Positions 63,577 to 64,000 of a stretch of 64,000 bases of DNA are shown here, one piece after another. Made by a program: the position numbers and the translations under genes. Under the pieces are notes generated by a model. It made no database searches. It had not been told where the DNA came from and saw only the letters and a list, made by a program, of their open reading frames with translations. The stretch is from assembly GCA_002633005.1 (NCBI GenBank), contig NMRA01000510.1, forward strand, positions 174,595 to 238,594, in the 5' to 3' direction. This DNA comes from Phoronis australis. Lineage: Eukaryota; Animalia; Phoronida. The number at the start of each line of letters is the position of its first letter. Position 1 is the stretch's first letter.

Positions 63577-64000
63577 CTTGAAAGAACAACACATAACACC
63601 AATACAAACGAAACGAATTATTCTCTAAAAAGACCACATATAAATAAATTAATGAAGACAGCTTAAATTTTATTCTCAGATTACATTCAGGCATGATTTG
63701 AATTGAGCAGGCCCGTAGGAAGGTAAAAATTATTGGGGGGGGCACCGACCCTGGTCGATACGTAACTTCTAATTTCGAAACCACTGCGTTGCACTTTGGT
63801 GTATATATCAACGCTGTAAAATGAACTACTGCAACCACTAGGTACGTTTTGAATTATATGAAAAAATATGTCTACTAATAATAAGGTGTGTAACAGATGC
63901 TGTACTTTTAGAGTTAATTTTTTGTTAAGATTGACTGGAAATTTTTGGAGCAACATACATGCCGCTCATACGATTACTCTTGCTGAACAGTAAGAATGAA

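Overview
Eukaryotic, intron-rich, repeat-dense genomic DNA, probably from a marine invertebrate (inferred), with four N gaps; nearly all entries in the ORF track are spurious. There are two host genes, arranged head to head. (1) At the left edge, on the minus strand, is the start of a secreted leucine-rich-repeat receptor resembling the glycoprotein hormone receptors (TSHR/FSHR/LGR type), with no intron in the visible part. (2) On the plus strand is an ACSF2-like acyl-CoA synthetase: 13 phase-consistent coding exons from 25362 to 61310 (565 aa) plus a weakly supported first exon. This gene carries a tandemly duplicated P-loop exon whose second copy has a mutated motif, and a duplicated splice acceptor. 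The rest is transposon-derived: a complete but frameshifted mariner; at least five Kolobok-type pieces (TTAA-flanked deletion derivatives with THAP and KolX-like N-termini, plus a decayed transposase); a Penelope-like GIY-YIG fragment inside a (CTA)n microsatellite; several MITE families, some with 5-bp target duplications and one carrying a tRNA-like promoter; a probable LTR with clustered heat-shock elements; and local tandem duplications. No CRISPR array or rRNA was seen. All calls come from manual reading; no database search was run.
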